Origin: Chromera velia
Lineage: Eukaryota
DNA: 60,437 nt
Reading direction: 5' to 3'
NCBI GenBank assembly: GCA_018398765.1
Contig: JAHBMJ010000015.1
Location: 1-60,437, forward strand
Part shown: positions 57,205 through 60,437 of the stretch, piece after piece
Layout of the letters: each line of letters starts with the position of its first letter
Numbering within the stretch: the first letter of the stretch is position 1
Translations under genes and position numbers: made by a program
The notes under the pieces: generated by a model
What the model saw: the letters and a program-made list of their open reading frames with translations, nothing else
The model's database searches: none
Told to the model about the DNA's origin: nothing

Positions 57205-60200
57205 CTACCATGTATTAATGCAGCGAGAGCACGCACACCCTACCGCGTGCTCGTAGGTGACTACAAACAGGGGCACTGCAAGCCTGCCGTCAAACACGAC
57301 AAACTCACGGTGGTCCACCCTACCGCCCTCTGCACGCACTGCTGCTACAATGCTGTCGCACCCGTCCGCAGGTCTGTGTGACTGACTGTCCTCATCCAAG
57401 GGCTCCAGCTTCACATCCCGCACACCAACAAAAACCAGGGACAAAAGCATCCGCATCGGTCCCCCGTACGCATGGTGCCTGTGGCTCCCAGGTCCCGAGT
57501 AGAGATCGGCCTTGGAAGCGTTCTCTGCGAAGTAAGTGCCTCGTCCGTAGAGGCTACCCGTGGCCTCCCCACCCCTACAGGGGTCGAAACCCTCTTTGCA
57601 GACCGCCTCCACGCCCTCATCGCTTGTGCCGTGCCACAGCCAGAGCTCTGTCGCAGACCTGCGAGCCTGGACCCTTGCAGACACGTCAGTGCAGAACCCA
57701 AACTCCGAAGCTGGGAAGTGAGAGAAAAGCGGGAGACTGCCAAACTTTGCGTCTGCCATAGAGGGATCGTCGTCGCTCTGCCCATCTATCGAGCGGCCGT
57801 CTTCTCTTTCCCCACTGAGGATTCTCTCCTTCCGCTTTGCCGTCTCCATCAAATACTGGAGGCCCAATCCTGAGGGGAGGCAGATCTCCACATTCTGGAC
57901 CTGCATCCATCCATCCATCCATCCATCCATCCATCCATTTATGCATGGAGTAGTTTTGGGGTTCGTTCAGATTGCATGGCAACATGAATTCATTGCACGA
58001 TCTTTTGAGCACAACTATCCCCCCCCTCAACGCACTACAAAATCAACTTGTGACTAAGGCGGGCCTCTGCACGGAATTCCGTCGCGAAAGGCAATTCAGT
58101 GATTGAAGAACCGAAGCTTCTGGTAGGTTTCCAAAGGCACGCAGAGGGATGAAAGCTTGGACGGCAAGGTCAAGAGTAGCGCGAGCGTGTGTCGTGCGGT
58201 AGAGCGAGGAAGACAGAGAGAGAGAGAGAGAGAGAGAGAGTGCATGAGAAACACGCAGACACAAACACCGACTGGTGCCTCATTTGCATTCTTTTCTTTC
58301 AAAACACATTCATTGGTTCCTTCCTTGGTTTTTCAGTCGATCGGTCAATCTGTGGCCTCTTCCTTCCTTTTCTTTTTTCCCGCTGATTGACAGGCAGAAA
58401 GGCAAGGGAGGAGGAACAGAGAAAGCTAGGTGGAGTGATAAAAAAACTCCTCTGGGAGTTCAGATTTCCGAGACGATCGATGGGAGAACGAATTATAAAC
58501 ACACCTACCTGTAGTCTGGGAGGGCAGCACCACGTGGGATCACCCAGCGCCCGTCTGTGGGAGGTCACAGAGCTCTTCAGATTCTCCTCCACCCATGCTG
58601 CGATCTCTGGAGGGGCCCTCGGCCTGCCTGAGAAAGAACAGGGAGGGCATAGCGCCTTTCTGAGGAAGAAGTCATACAGCATTCCGCCTCTATTTGCCCA
58701 ACTTTGGCCCTCCACCGCAGCCTTCCTACTGCCGCACAAAAGCAGCTCGGTAGAGTCGTTCTGAGGTGCAGTTGCTGCTGCTGTTGTAGCGCTCGGGCCG
58801 TTCTGAGACGTCTCGGAGGCTGTGTCATCCGGATCATGCGCTAGCCAGTCCCCGTTGATGAAGTCCCCGTCTTCCGTCTGAATCTTTGGCACCGGAGACG
58901 CCTTCGCTCCCTCTTCCGAAGCCCCGCGGCGGGGTCGCTTCAAAGAGTGCTCTTGGTGCGCTGTGCGTGACCGGGCCTGTGTCTCTGTCTCTGCAGGAGG
59001 CTTCTCACGTCTCCGGAGAGCGCGCACTTTTCCGGTGGCAGTGTTCACCTGCAGCATCGGTTCCGCATCCACTAAATACGTGAATGCATGTATACACGCG
59101 CATCTTTTTTTCATTTCATCATGAAACACATATGCATGCGCATAAATAAAGAAAAACGATCTTCTTAATTCAAGTCTGCCCGACGTACCTGCATCAATGT
59201 CACCCCATCCGCCTTGTACGTCGCTCCCTGTCTGGAGAATTCCACAGGGGGCGGCAGCTCATTCCCCGCTTCAATCTTGCTTCTGTAACTCTCCAGTTTG
59301 ATGGTCACCTTCTTGCTCAGGGCCTCCCATTTCGAAGGGCCCACGCACACCTCCCACACGCAGCCTGTCGACACTGCAGTTTTCAACATTTCATTCATGC
59401 GTGCGGCAGGGATGGATGCATGCATGATCATTGGCTTCTGTGCATAGAGCCAATCGATCGATCACTTCATGAGGGAAAGATCGTTGCTCAGTGAACACTT
59501 CATGCGACACACGCAAGCAGCTTTCCGCACACAAGTGAAGTCAGCTCGATAGTGGAAGGAAGAGCCCCCGTGGGGCGAAAACAAAAGAGAAAAGACAAAG
59601 CGCGAAGAAAATAAGAAAGTAAAATTACAAGACGAGAAGCTTCGTGAAAATAACAAAAAAATGAGACACAGTGAAAAAACATTCAAAAGAAAAAATAAGA
59701 GAATCAAACAAAGGCAGAAGCAATAATAAAACCGAGCACTGGCCAAGATCCGAAACAAACAAAAAGGAGCACAAGAGGAAGACGTTCACCAAATAAAAAA
59801 AGACGACACTACGGACCAAAAAATCTAGATGCGCTCAGATCGAAGGACAGATCAACAGTCGGAAATTTAGCCATCATCTGCTGAACTAACTCCCTTGTCG
59901 ACCTATCTTTCGCCACCCTCCCGCCTTCGACAGCAAGTTCAGGCCAAAACGCAGAGCATCTCGCAGAGCCTGCCTGCTTGATCACCCAATCTTCCTCTTT
60001 CACGGCACTTCCCTCCAACTTCAGAGCTTGCACCACCGTTTGCACTCGAGAGGAAATCAACGACGCCAACTCTCCCACCGTGTCCTGATTCGAAAGGATG
60101 AAAGGAGAGGACTTCATAGAGACCTCATCTGCGACGACGGCTCCTTCGGGAGCGTTCACAAATTTCAATTCGTACACAACTTCCCTTCCATTTCTGCGCA

Positions 60201-60336
60201 ACTTCAACTCGAGGGTGCTCCCGTTGAAAATTCTGTAGTACGAAAGGGTGCGGTCATCCTCCAGGGTCTGGCCGTTGAAGATCATATCCTGCTGAGGGGG
60301 ACGGACTCCCTCCTTGCCCTCAAACTTTTCCTTCAC
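57205..60336 (-). CDS. Ubiquitin-like + WWE + PARP catalytic domain protein (5'-partial); exons 60336-59817, 59364-59189, 59048-58509, 57900-57205
   Basis: Ubl: VKEKFEGKEGVRPPQQDMIFNGQTLEDDRTLSYYRIFNGSTLEL. WWE: VWEVCVGPSKWEAL..TIKLE..YKADGVTLMQVNTATGKVRALRR. PARP: LWHGTS, GFDP, LYGRGTYFAENASKADLY, MLLSLVFVG, DSI, REFVVF. Intron phases are consistent. Confidence 0.9.
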
Positions 60337-60369
60337 CTGCACAGACCAGACAGACGGCAGAGACAGTGA

Positions 60370-60408
<39 letters not shown>

Positions 60409-60437
60409 GTCTGTGCGGTCGTGTGTGAGTGCGTGTA

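Overview
Eukaryotic, intron-rich genomic DNA. Microsatellite-filled introns, TGCAG acceptors, abundant TGCATGCA and an ApiAP2-type gene point to an alveolate, most likely a chromerid such as Chromera (inference). I reconstructed these genes by hand: a YhhN/TMEM86 lysoplasmalogenase (4 exons), an 11-exon Cys12/MCY1-like cysteine synthase, a cycloeucalenol cycloisomerase CPI1 (6 exons), a 1435-aa signal-peptide protein with multiple AP2-like domains and six CEHGxxRxxCKxCGG repeats, a ubiquitin-like/WWE/PARP protein, a frameshifted NYN-domain nuclease with eroded tandem paralogs, and several hypothetical proteins. The GC-rich genes are separated by AT-rich islands built from mobile-element debris: a Ty3/Gypsy gag 5' end, an internally deleted Ty1/Copia element with 234-bp LTRs, a 5'-truncated LINE, a degenerate RTE-type LINE with short 3' remnants, two CTAGG-ended TIR elements and a ~58-bp minisatellite. 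The most striking signal is a recurring C>T/G>A erosion of duplicated DNA: 16 of 17 LTR differences are transitions, the RTE carries five TAG stops consistent with CAG>TAG, and a NYN paralog melts into an AT island. This suggests a RIP-like or non-CG-methylation genome-defence process. No rRNA, tRNA or CRISPR array was seen. All family calls come from motif recognition, not database searches.
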